Below, in pieces: positions 55,169 through 64,000 of a stretch of 64,000 nucleotides of DNA. Source of the DNA: Blepharisma stoltei ATCC 30299. Its lineage: Eukaryota > Protista > Ciliophora. Position 1 is the first letter of the stretch. Each line of letters starts with the position of its first letter. The notes under the pieces were generated by a model. It ran no database searches. It worked only from the letters and a program-made list of their open reading frames with translations, and was not told where the DNA came from. The DNA lies in assembly GCA_965603825.1 (NCBI GenBank), contig CBFDEM010000048.1:310001-374000 (forward strand). Direction: 5' to 3'. The position numbers were made by a program, and so were the translations under genes.

Positions 55169-56476
55169 TTAACTATCAGACATGCTCCACACCCATCTTT
55201 TAAATGCCTGCTCAGGGCCAACTTTCGTGACATATGTAAGCCCTCGGAGCATCATCTTTTTGATAGACTTTTCTATTATTTTCTTCAATTTATCTCGTGA
55301 TTCACAGAGTTCTTGAAGTTTCACTTCTTCAATTTGAACTTCATCTTCTAGCTTGTGAACTTCTTGATTCATTTTATCAATATACTGTGAAAACTCTTCT
55401 TGATTACTTCCTGACATATCTTTAAGATACCGAATATGGCTTTCAATTCCTCTTTCATGCAACTTGAGCTCAATGCTTTTCTTTTTCAGCTTTTCCAGTG
55501 CTTTTATATCTTCCATTAAATTTTCTTTTTCTTTCTTAATATTATCTTGTTCTTCAAGAGCAGACTTTACTCTGGCTATAGCTTTTTGCAGTTTTTCTTT
55601 ATAAAGGTCTAATTCGCTTACAGTATCAGCATGATTTTGCAGATAAAGCAGCCCATCTTCAATACTAGCTTTAGTTTGTGCAATTTGATTAAGCTTAGTT
55701 TGAATTCCTCGTCTTATTTCTAGCATTTCTTCGCTTTCAATTTTCCCATCACTTGACTTCATGCTTTCCCAATGGTCAAGTAAATCTTCTTTTTCCTTTT
55801 TTACCTTTGCCAGCAAATTTTTCATTTTTTCAATTTCAGCATGCTTTTCTTCCGCTTGCTTATTGTACATTTGGAAAGCGTGTTTTCTTTGTAGAAGAAC
55901 CAGCTCTTTTTCAAGCTCACTTCTTTCAGTTAATTCAAGCGAAACTTTTTCCAGGATATCTTCTTGGTTACTGGAAAGGATTTTTTCTTGGTTTTTTATT
56001 TGGTTTAAAATTTTAATCAAATTTGGAAAACTTGCGAGCTCCAGCTCGAGTTTTTCAATGCTTTCGATCAGAATTTCTGATTTATTTATGTTCAATTCTT
56101 TGATTTTTTCGATGAAATCCATAAGATTGCGGCAGATTCTTGATTCTATTTGGGATTCTTCGACTCTTAAGCATAAATAAGGGCTTGTTTTGTCTTCACA
56201 GTCATCTAGGTCAAGAAAATGGGCAAGTAAAGTTTCGATAGTCCAATTTTCGATTTTTACTCCAATTAACCGATCAAAGATCTTAATTGAGTTAGTTGCC
56301 CGTAGCTGTTCTTGGTGAATTAGAAAATCTAACTGCTCGTCTTTAGAAATTTCTTCTATCTCGTGCTCAGCTTTTCGCTCTGCAATTTTTTTTTCGTATT
56401 CTTCACATTGAGCTAATAAGGCATTTTTTTCTAATCCTAATCGTCTTAATTTCCCTTTTGCGAAAAGACCACCCAT
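55169..56476 (-). CDS. Coiled-coil protein
   Basis: 435-aa heptad-rich E/K/L ORF. Confidence 0.75.
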   Translation of the reverse strand: MGGLFAKGKLRRLGLEKNALLAQCEEYEKKIAERKAEHEIEEISKDEQLDFLIHQEQLRATNSIKIFDRLIGVKIENWTIETLLAHFLDLDDCEDKTSPYLCLRVEESQIESRICRNLMDFIEKIKELNINKSEILIESIEKLELELASFPNLIKILNQIKNQEKILSSNQEDILEKVSLELTERSELEKELVLLQRKHAFQMYNKQAEEKHAEIEKMKNLLAKVKKEKEDLLDHWESMKSSDGKIESEEMLEIRRGIQTKLNQIAQTKASIEDGLLYLQNHADTVSELDLYKEKLQKAIARVKSALEEQDNIKKEKENLMEDIKALEKLKKKSIELKLHERGIESHIRYLKDMSGSNQEEFSQYIDKMNQEVHKLEDEVQIEEVKLQELCESRDKLKKIIEKSIKKMMLRGLTYVTKVGPEQAFKRWVWSMSDS

Positions 56477-56854
56477 ATTAAATAATAAAATGAAATAAAA
56501 ATAGGCAATCTTATAGCTGCTTACACTTATTTTTCAATATTATCAGAAAGTATAAGATTAATAGCTAAAAGTGATGTAATTATAAAACTTAGAGAAAAAT
56601 AAAATTATTTCTTACTAATAGCTAATTGATCTTGAAAGCCCTAGTTTATTTCCATCCCAGATAATATAATATAAAACTTCTTACATTTAGCTTCAAAATT
56701 ATCCATTTTATGTCAAAATTAAGGAATGTATTGATATATAGATTTCTATAAATTGAGTTGCAAAAGATGATATTTTTGAAATTAAATATCGTTTTTTATA
56801 ATAATCAGATTTAATAGCCTTAGATAGTTTCATTAGTTATTATTTTAAGTAAAT

Positions 56855-57730
56855 ATGGGTTGCCTTCAGGGTACAGCTGTGAATCATCCAGAAAAATCAA
56901 CTCTACCCCAGCCAACTCTAACTGGGACCAAAGATATTCCAAACTTCCTCAATTTATCAAAGCCTGCACCTCAAGCTCCGGCCCCAGCACCCGCTCCTGT
57001 TCCTGTTCCTGTCCACATCCCATCACCAAACACCCCCAGTCCAGATCCAGAAGATCCCAAAACCTTCAAGCAAAAGGAGCCAAAAACTGACGAGCAATAC
57101 CTTAACATCATAATCTCAAAGCTCCAAGAATTCTTTATCCCTATCCTCAGCTTAAATAACCTCCAAAATGAGCTTGAAGCATTAGCAGGCATCACTTATA
57201 GCTCCCTCAAAGACCTCAAGAAAAAATTAAAATATACACAAAACCTGATTAAGAATCCTTATGGAGAGTTCGAGTTTGCCAGCTGGGTCCATGAAGATGG
57301 AGGCCAAGGATGGGCAATAGAAGAGACTGGGTGCTATAAGCACAATAATAAAGTTTTTGCCTCATCGTTTGAGTGGTGTCACCTGTCACAAGTAATAGAA
57401 ATCCCGAAAAAGGAACATAAACGAATACTTGTGATAGGAAGCCCAGTGACAAGAAAGGCAGAGTCTGGGGCAGAGGCTGAAGCGAAAGTGACACTTAAGC
57501 TTAAAAATAAGGACGGGGAAAACGAGCAAGTAAAAGTAATGGATTGTCCTTATGGAGAACCAGTTGATGATATTGTTTGCCCATGGGTTACTATTTCTTT
57601 GCAGATAGAAATTCAGCCTAATATTGCATACACTGCTGAAGCCATTTTCAGCGGAAAGGATAAGGTGTATTGGGGTGGAAATTTTGGGGCTAGGTTTGGC
57701 CATTGCTTTGCCTTTTTAATTGATGCTTAG
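56855..57730 (+). CDS. FBA (Fbs-type sugar-binding) domain protein with MGC N-terminus and no evident F-box
   Basis: NLIKNP.GE..F..W....GG.GW.IE...F.SSFEWC...Q.I...GKD..YW.G.FG.RF. Confidence 0.82.
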   Translation: MGCLQGTAVNHPEKSTLPQPTLTGTKDIPNFLNLSKPAPQAPAPAPAPVPVPVHIPSPNTPSPDPEDPKTFKQKEPKTDEQYLNIIISKLQEFFIPILSLNNLQNELEALAGITYSSLKDLKKKLKYTQNLIKNPYGEFEFASWVHEDGGQGWAIEETGCYKHNNKVFASSFEWCHLSQVIEIPKKEHKRILVIGSPVTRKAESGAEAEAKVTLKLKNKDGENEQVKVMDCPYGEPVDDIVCPWVTISLQIEIQPNIAYTAEAIFSGKDKVYWGGNFGARFGHCFAFLIDA

Positions 57731-58000
57731 TCTGAATATCAATAATTATAATTTATAATTCATCTCTAAATATATATCTATTAACTAAATTCTCCAATTT
57801 TTATACCTTTAAAAATCTTTATTCTTTGAGATTGCAATTCTTTATTTGATTATAAAATTTCACCTTTAATTAGACACCAGTAATTTTTCATTTGTGCCTG
57901 GTTCATCAAAATTTGCTGAATATCCTAGAATATCAAATAAATTTTTAATCCTTTATTATGATCTCACTGGTTTATTATGGCTCATAGTTTATAATATTAA

Positions 58001-58990
58001 ATGCTTCAGCAGCTGTTCGGCTCAAAGCCAGTTCATTGTGCTGGTCCAGCTCCTGCAGCGGGAGCTCATGGAGAAGTTCATGACCTAAGCTACTATCTCA
58101 AGTGTATGGCTGGAGGAGTATTTGCCTGTGGTCTCACACATACTGCTGTTGTCCCAATCGATATTGTCAAATGCAGACTACAAGCAGATCCAACCAAACT
58201 AAAAGGTATGGGCGATGCTTATAGAGCACTCAATGCAAGCGGTAAGTCCTGGATGACTCTTGGCTGGCTTCCAACTTTCATTGGATACTCATTCCAAGGT
58301 ATGGCCAAGTTTGGATTCTATGAGGTCTTTAAAGATCTCTATGGAGGAGTTACCGAATCATTATTAGGAGCTGATAAGGCTTATTCATTCAGAACCTTAA
58401 CCTATGCTCTTTCATCTGCTTCAGCTGAGTTTTTCGCTGACATCCTCTTATGTCCATTCGAAGCAGTAAAAGTTAGAATCCAAACAAGCCCTGAAGGGAC
58501 TTTCCCAACCACTTTTGGCCCAGCTTGGAACAAAGTTTCAGCAAATGAAGGTATAAACGGCTTCTACAAAGGGATAACCCCACTTTGGTGCAGACAAATC
58601 CCATACACTATCATGAAATTCGTGGTCTTTGAAAGAACAGTAGAATTTATTTTCAAAAATATTTTACATGCAACTAGAGACGATTACGGGAAAAAATTCA
58701 ACCTAGGAATTACATTCTTGTCAGGCTATATTGCTGGTGTTGTTTGCGCTTTAGTTAGTCACCCTGCAGACACTTTGTTTACTGCTTACAACAAGAAGCA
58801 AACCGAAGGTGCCTTCATGGAGGAAATTAAGAAGATTTATGCTGGTATGCCAGCTGGAGGTCTGTGGAAAGGACTTATTCCAAGAATTATTATGATTGGA
58901 ACACTTACTGGCTTACAATGGTGGCTGTATGATACTTGGAAGACATGGTGGGGTCTCAAACCAACTGGATCAACTGGACCTAAGAAATAA
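58001..58990 (+). CDS. SLC25A3: Mitochondrial phosphate carrier
   Basis: ACGLTH..V.P.D.VKCR.Q, GW.PT..GYS.QG..KFGFYE, PLW.RQIPYT..KF, TLT.LQW. Confidence 0.95.
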   Translation: MLQQLFGSKPVHCAGPAPAAGAHGEVHDLSYYLKCMAGGVFACGLTHTAVVPIDIVKCRLQADPTKLKGMGDAYRALNASGKSWMTLGWLPTFIGYSFQGMAKFGFYEVFKDLYGGVTESLLGADKAYSFRTLTYALSSASAEFFADILLCPFEAVKVRIQTSPEGTFPTTFGPAWNKVSANEGINGFYKGITPLWCRQIPYTIMKFVVFERTVEFIFKNILHATRDDYGKKFNLGITFLSGYIAGVVCALVSHPADTLFTAYNKKQTEGAFMEEIKKIYAGMPAGGLWKGLIPRIIMIGTLTGLQWWLYDTWKTWWGLKPTGSTGPKK

Positions 58991-59208
58991 GATAAACATT
59001 TATCTATATCAATTAATTAAAATGAATTAAAATCTTTTTAAGTTCGGCAGAAAACTATTTTTATAAAAAATTAGAAGTCAAGAGAAAACTGTTATTTATT
59101 GATTATAGTGCTTTTGCCTTCATATGAATTATTTGAAATTAAAAAATACCATTTCTCACCATAAAAATATGAATAATAAAACTTTCTGACATTTAAATGG
59201 AATTACTT

Positions 59209-59760
59209 TTAATTTTTAAAGTTTGATATATATGATAAATAGGAGTTTCAAAAGAGAGCAATAAAGTTTACAAAAATCACTTGTGTATGCAAAGGTATAA
59301 ACGAAAAATTAATCATCATTGCAGCTGGCCACACTTTTCAGTTGACAATTAGAGTCTCCCAATAATCTTTTTGTATTTTTTCATATCCTTGTTTCAAAGT
59401 GCCACCATTAAAAAGAGTTACAGCCGTAAAAAATGACCATATGCTTAATGAGCAAAAGAACGTTTGATCTAGTGATAACTTCTTTAGAGTCGATGCCATT
59501 CCTGGAGCTGGGAATTTCTTAGCTAGAAATCCATACCATCCATGAAGAAGTGGAGCTAGATAAAAGGCTCCATAGCAGCTTAATTTAAAGCATCGTTTCA
59601 TATCAAAATTTTGGATGTAAGATTTTTTTTGAAGCCTACTTTCAATGTATTGACTCAATGCATCACTTGCCCCGATAATAAAGAATGTTGAAATTGACTT
59701 AGTTAGCAGAGGACGAGAATTTAAGGCACGATTGTATGAGGCAATGAGCTGAAACGCCAT
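59209..59760 (-). CDS. Mpv17/PMP22 family membrane protein (2 TGA codons)
   Basis: Y...L..RPLLTK, D.LSQ, DQ.F, N-W-KVWP....NF..IP...F.N...F-W-N.YLS. Confidence 0.9.
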
Positions 59761-60034
59761 TTTAATTTATGTATACTGACAATAGTATTAGTAGTCATTA
59801 TATATTTGTATTTTTAAGTAAAATAAGAAATGATAAATTTCTGATATTATTGAGAATGCCATACTGAAACAATTTTTATAACTTCTTTTTATTTTCTAAC
59901 ACATCATATAAATAATAATAAATTGATATTTTGGCCAGAAAAAATAATTTAAAAATGGAAATTATAATTATTAAAAGAGGTTGCTGAATGCAATGATAAT
60001 TATTTCCGAAGTATTAATACAATTAATTAATGCA

Positions 60035-61216
60035 TTATATTATTTCATGCATTTCTTGGCTTAAATCCAAATATTCATCAGATCTGCAAAAATCTGGATA
60101 TACAGCTATATCAAATTGATGGTAAATATACTCTTCAATTTCACTAAAAAAATCTGCATCAATTTCAATTACACTTCTATTCGATCCCCACTCGCTTTTT
60201 ATTTTCTTAATAAAAAATTCAGGGAGCACATCTTGGATTTTATTGAAAATCTTGTGAACATTTTCTGCTCTTTCAATGCATGGATCATACTTGTAGACAT
60301 TAATAGCAACTAAAATATCCAGAAAATGCTTCCAATTTTTGTTTTTCGACTTCGCAACAAAACTTTGAAAACTTTCATAAACTGAGTAATTTTCAAGTAT
60401 CAGTCTGGAATCAATTAAACGTGGAACTGGTATAATTATATTTGTCTTTGATTGCTTCCTCGTCACAAATATGATAACAAATAAAGTTGACAGGTTTCTT
60501 GCAGGAACTGCATAGAGATGAAATGTTTCATCAGGGCAAAATGGAGCAATTATTCCAAATGATCATATTGCTAAATATAACATCAACTCAGTTTTTATTA
60601 AACCTACATTTTTTACATTTCTTATCCGACAATAATAAATTGAGAAGCCAATTTCTTCTAGCACGACATCTATAAGTCAAATAAAATCATATGATAAGTC
60701 AATATCTCTTTTATTTGTACTATTTAAGTTTCCTGTATAATTAAAGGCATATTTTAATGCCAATACAGAAATAAAAGTTGAAGAAACTATTGTAGAATAC
60801 AGTACCAGCACTTTTATGTTTCACCAAGCTGTGATTCGGTCTTTTTTCTTAAGAAAAGCTTTATAAAGTAAGAAGCTCCCTGATCTTATTTCTTTTATAA
60901 GCTCTAGCCTATAAATTTTCAGAATTATTGATATGTATAGTGCATGCCGGGCAAAGCTGTAAATAACTAGAATAGGCAGAACAATAAATATGCTGTTCTC
61001 TTCATTGAAAAACGTAAGAAACCCAAATGACATAGCTGTAATTGTGTTTACATAATTAAGCACTATTGTAATAATTAAAATTCCTGGAGACTTTGCAAAA
61101 AGTTCATGGTATTCTCGATTTTTGTGAACATAGATGCCAGATCAAAGAAAAATTATTGTGAGAAGTGCAAAAGTTGTAGGTCAAATAATTTCAATAATCA
61201 GGGTTTGATTCCACAT
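60035..61216 (-). CDS. Multi-pass (about 7 TM) membrane protein fused to a C-terminal RGS-like domain (5 TGA codons)
   Basis: Single 393-aa frame with hydrophobic helices and K.R....L.AKSP. The C-terminus F..F......L.....I..YK...F......I......YP.F..S..Y resembles RGS. Confidence 0.72.
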
Positions 61217-61705
61217 TATTGTTGATGTAAAAATCTTATATTAATATAGGGAATTTCGAAGGTAAAATTAGATATTATTCTAATAATAATTAAAGGCTAT
61301 AAATACTGGATTATAAGCAAGCTAGCTTTTATTAAAAATTGTTATTCTTTAATGCTGATTTATTTAATAAATAGAAAATAACTTTTTGTATAAAGTGAAT
61401 ATTAAAAGCTTTAAATTATACTATTATGTCTTAATGCTTTAAAATAGGCAGGAAAGACTAATGGTGTGGAATGACTTTAACTTTCAAATTCATAAAAATT
61501 ATCAATAAACTTATGATTTATTCTAGATTGAAAAGAATAGTTATTAATTTTTTGATTTTGCAAAAATTGGCAGCCTTAATTAGATTTATCTGAATTTTAA
61601 TTGCATAATCTCTTAATAAATTAATTAAAATTTTATTAAAAATTTAAATTTTTAATTGAAAAGCCAAATTGTGGTATTATTTTAATCCCATTTACGTATA
61701 AAATA

Positions 61706-62593
61706 ATGAGCATGGAAAATCTGACCAGAAACCCCACCGAATTAATCAAAAATGCACAGAATGAATTGAAGAATTTAGAAATTGAGCTTCAATATGGCTA
61801 TCTGGGCAGATATGAGCAAGATTTGATCACCAATATCGATCTCAAAAATATTCATTTTACCTCATCTGGTGACTTGGCGCTCAATTCAATACTAAAATCC
61901 CTCGAAGACAAAGGCTATTCCGTCTCTGGCTCAATGATCTCTTACTATTCTTACGAAAAAGACATATATGTCTTTGTAGGTCGCTATCCTTTATCACTCG
62001 AATCCTCAATCCCCAAAAACGACATAAGGAGCCACTTGATTAAGCTAAAGTGCAGATATATAAATACAGCCGACAATCCTGCTGAAGAAGCAGGCATTGA
62101 TGATGAAGATGCTTCAGAAAAAGGAGATCAAGGATCAAGGCGCACTAAAGAAAGAAAAATTGGCTATATCATTGAAAAAGTAGCGAGATGGAGAAACCTT
62201 TATAATGGAACTATTAATGCAAAAGGGGAAACAGTCAGACTTACGCTGGAAGAAGCTGCTGTACAGGTTGGAATTTCAAAAAAATCTCTGGATGATTATT
62301 TGCTTCAGCTCAGGTTTGGAAGGAAATTTGGATTTAATTTTGAAGAGCATAAAGGGGATAAAGTAGGATTATTGAGGGCTTATGTTAAAAAATATAAGCA
62401 GATACAGTCAGAATTAGCAAAATTAGGGCCTGGAGATCAGCTATCGAAAGAGAACTTGGATTTGTTGAATCAAAAAGGAACGCTTGCTTGTAAAAGCCGG
62501 AAGTGTTGCGTGCCACCTCCAGGAGTTCTAAAATTCAATTATCAGCAAGGCTCACAGATTGATAATGAATTTTTGAAGTTCATGAACCAGTAA
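61706..62593 (+). CDS. Ciliate-type HTH putative DNA-binding protein
   Basis: ERKIG.IIEKV..WR.LY.G...LTLEEAA..VGISKKSLDDY..QLR.G...GF.F. Confidence 0.7.
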   Translation: MSMENLTRNPTELIKNAQNELKNLEIELQYGYLGRYEQDLITNIDLKNIHFTSSGDLALNSILKSLEDKGYSVSGSMISYYSYEKDIYVFVGRYPLSLESSIPKNDIRSHLIKLKCRYINTADNPAEEAGIDDEDASEKGDQGSRRTKERKIGYIIEKVARWRNLYNGTINAKGETVRLTLEEAAVQVGISKKSLDDYLLQLRFGRKFGFNFEEHKGDKVGLLRAYVKKYKQIQSELAKLGPGDQLSKENLDLLNQKGTLACKSRKCCVPPPGVLKFNYQQGSQIDNEFLKFMNQ

Positions 62594-62947
62594 ATCAACA
62601 TTTTTAGAAAATATTTAATAGCAAGATATCATTTTAAGAGATATAATAATTAAGAGTTTGTTAAAGAAATATTGCATTTTCGAATCTTATCAATAAAATA
62701 TTCAGCAAATTTCTTTATATAAAGTTAAATTTATTATGAATTGATATATTAAATGTAACTCTTTACTTAAATATCTTAGTGTGCTTGACATGTGAAAATT
62801 TTCTAAGTTGGAAAAAAATTGGTATGTGGATTTATACGAATATTGAGATTTTTAATCTCAAAGTACAGAGAAAAAATTTCGCATGCCAAATAACTTATGC
62901 TATTTTAAGCAAAGGATTATATTTTCTAGAAATAATAATTTAGGAAG

Positions 62948-63493
62948 ATGTCGCAAAGGAAACCTGCAATAGTAGAACTGAAGCCTATCGAAAGAAGATC
63001 GTATCCAAATGAGCCTGAGTATCCTGAGCAAATAGAAGAATTCAAAATCATAGATCCTCTTCTCAATCCTCCTTCAAATCGACGACCTAATAATTTATCT
63101 TCCACTCCAAATATTCCAATACCAACCCCGCTTATTCAATCTCATCCTCCATCTCCATCTCCTTATCTCAATACTTCAACACCATCCTCACAAGCTTACC
63201 CTAATCTTTTATCTCCCAGTCCTAATATTCCAATACCCACTCCACAAGCTCCCCCTCAATATTTAGGACAGCTAAGGCTAATTAAATGCTCAGTCTGCAG
63301 TCTAATGCTACAATGCTCACAAGAGGTTTGCTTTGTAGCATGCCCAAGATGTCTAAATTTGACTACAACTAAACAAATGATACCAATGATATGTACATAT
63401 TGCCGAAAACAAAGTTATTTCCCAATAGATGCTATCTCAATACGATGCTTCTGTGGGGCTATGTATTCAAATCCATATCTAAGAGCCAATTAA
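62948..63493 (+). CDS. Pro-rich protein with two LSD1-like C4 zinc fingers
   Basis: CSVC..ML......V.CPRC and CTYC........IRC.C. Confidence 0.7.
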   Translation: MSQRKPAIVELKPIERRSYPNEPEYPEQIEEFKIIDPLLNPPSNRRPNNLSSTPNIPIPTPLIQSHPPSPSPYLNTSTPSSQAYPNLLSPSPNIPIPTPQAPPQYLGQLRLIKCSVCSLMLQCSQEVCFVACPRCLNLTTTKQMIPMICTYCRKQSYFPIDAISIRCFCGAMYSNPYLRAN

Positions 63494-63509
63494 TTATGCT
63501 AAATTAAAA

Positions 63510-64000
63510 TTATATGGCTTGCTTTATATTTGATAATTTCACACTTGGGCGAAGGGCGAATAGCCTTAATGCTGAGGCTGGGTCAGTAGAGCCTGAAAGT
63601 CCAATAATATTTTGGATACCTCTAATCGTGTTCTCCTGCTCCGGTTTTGCTAAGTTTTCTACCATCTCTGCAACGTTCTTGTGAAGGTTCTTAATTTTTC
63701 TGACAAAATTAAACCCAGCAGTGAGGGCTTTTGAAAATGTTTCAGCTTCCAATAAAAAATTGTTGCTTTTTTTAATTGTGTGGCCATTTGACATGCTGTG
63801 CTGTTTTAAGCCTACTTGTACATCAGCCAGCGCCTTTTTCAATACCAGCATTTGTGGGATAGCTCTTTGTAAGCATAAAGAAAAATCATTTCAATATTTC
63901 GCTCCTTCTAACGCTTCATTTTCTAGAAGGTCTAAATTGAAGTCAATATATGGAAAAGAGCTGAGGAAAACCATTGCAGTTTTTGCATTAGGAGAGCTTG
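63510..64000 (-). CDS. Hypothetical protein, 3' part (continues beyond the window)
   Basis: Frame open to the window edge with one TGA; ends in TAA at 63510. Confidence 0.6.

Overview
Gene-dense, AT-rich eukaryotic DNA, most likely a heterotrich ciliate macronuclear chromosome of the Blepharisma type. In-frame TGA repeatedly sits at conserved Trp positions (DEAD-box WSATW, DUSP WxxxW, CBM20 LGxW, MORN, BAH, Mpv17, meckelin), while TAA and TAG both terminate genes. The code is therefore UGA=Trp, and many ORFs in the supplied track are fragments of single genes. Six 15-16 nt GT-AG introns, all with A at position -6, were located by hand. Re-reading gives about 45 protein genes. Housekeeping: PGM, cytochrome c1, H2A, DBP2, centrin, PABP, phosphate carrier. 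Ciliary: FOP/CEP43, TMEM67, IQ-MORN. Less ordinary: a likely p2 subunit of the MTA1c DNA-6mA methyltransferase next to a stand-alone BAH gene, an actin triplication with breakpoints at the stop codon and two divergent copies, a CBM20-TPS-TPP pseudoenzyme candidate, an Amt lacking pore residues, a CaaX-tailed HPt protein, a multi-TM RGS protein, an acylated F-box-less FBA lectin, and two bacterial-like enzymes. No rRNA, tRNA, CRISPR array, telomere tract or transposase was recognised. All family assignments are from motif recognition, not database searches.
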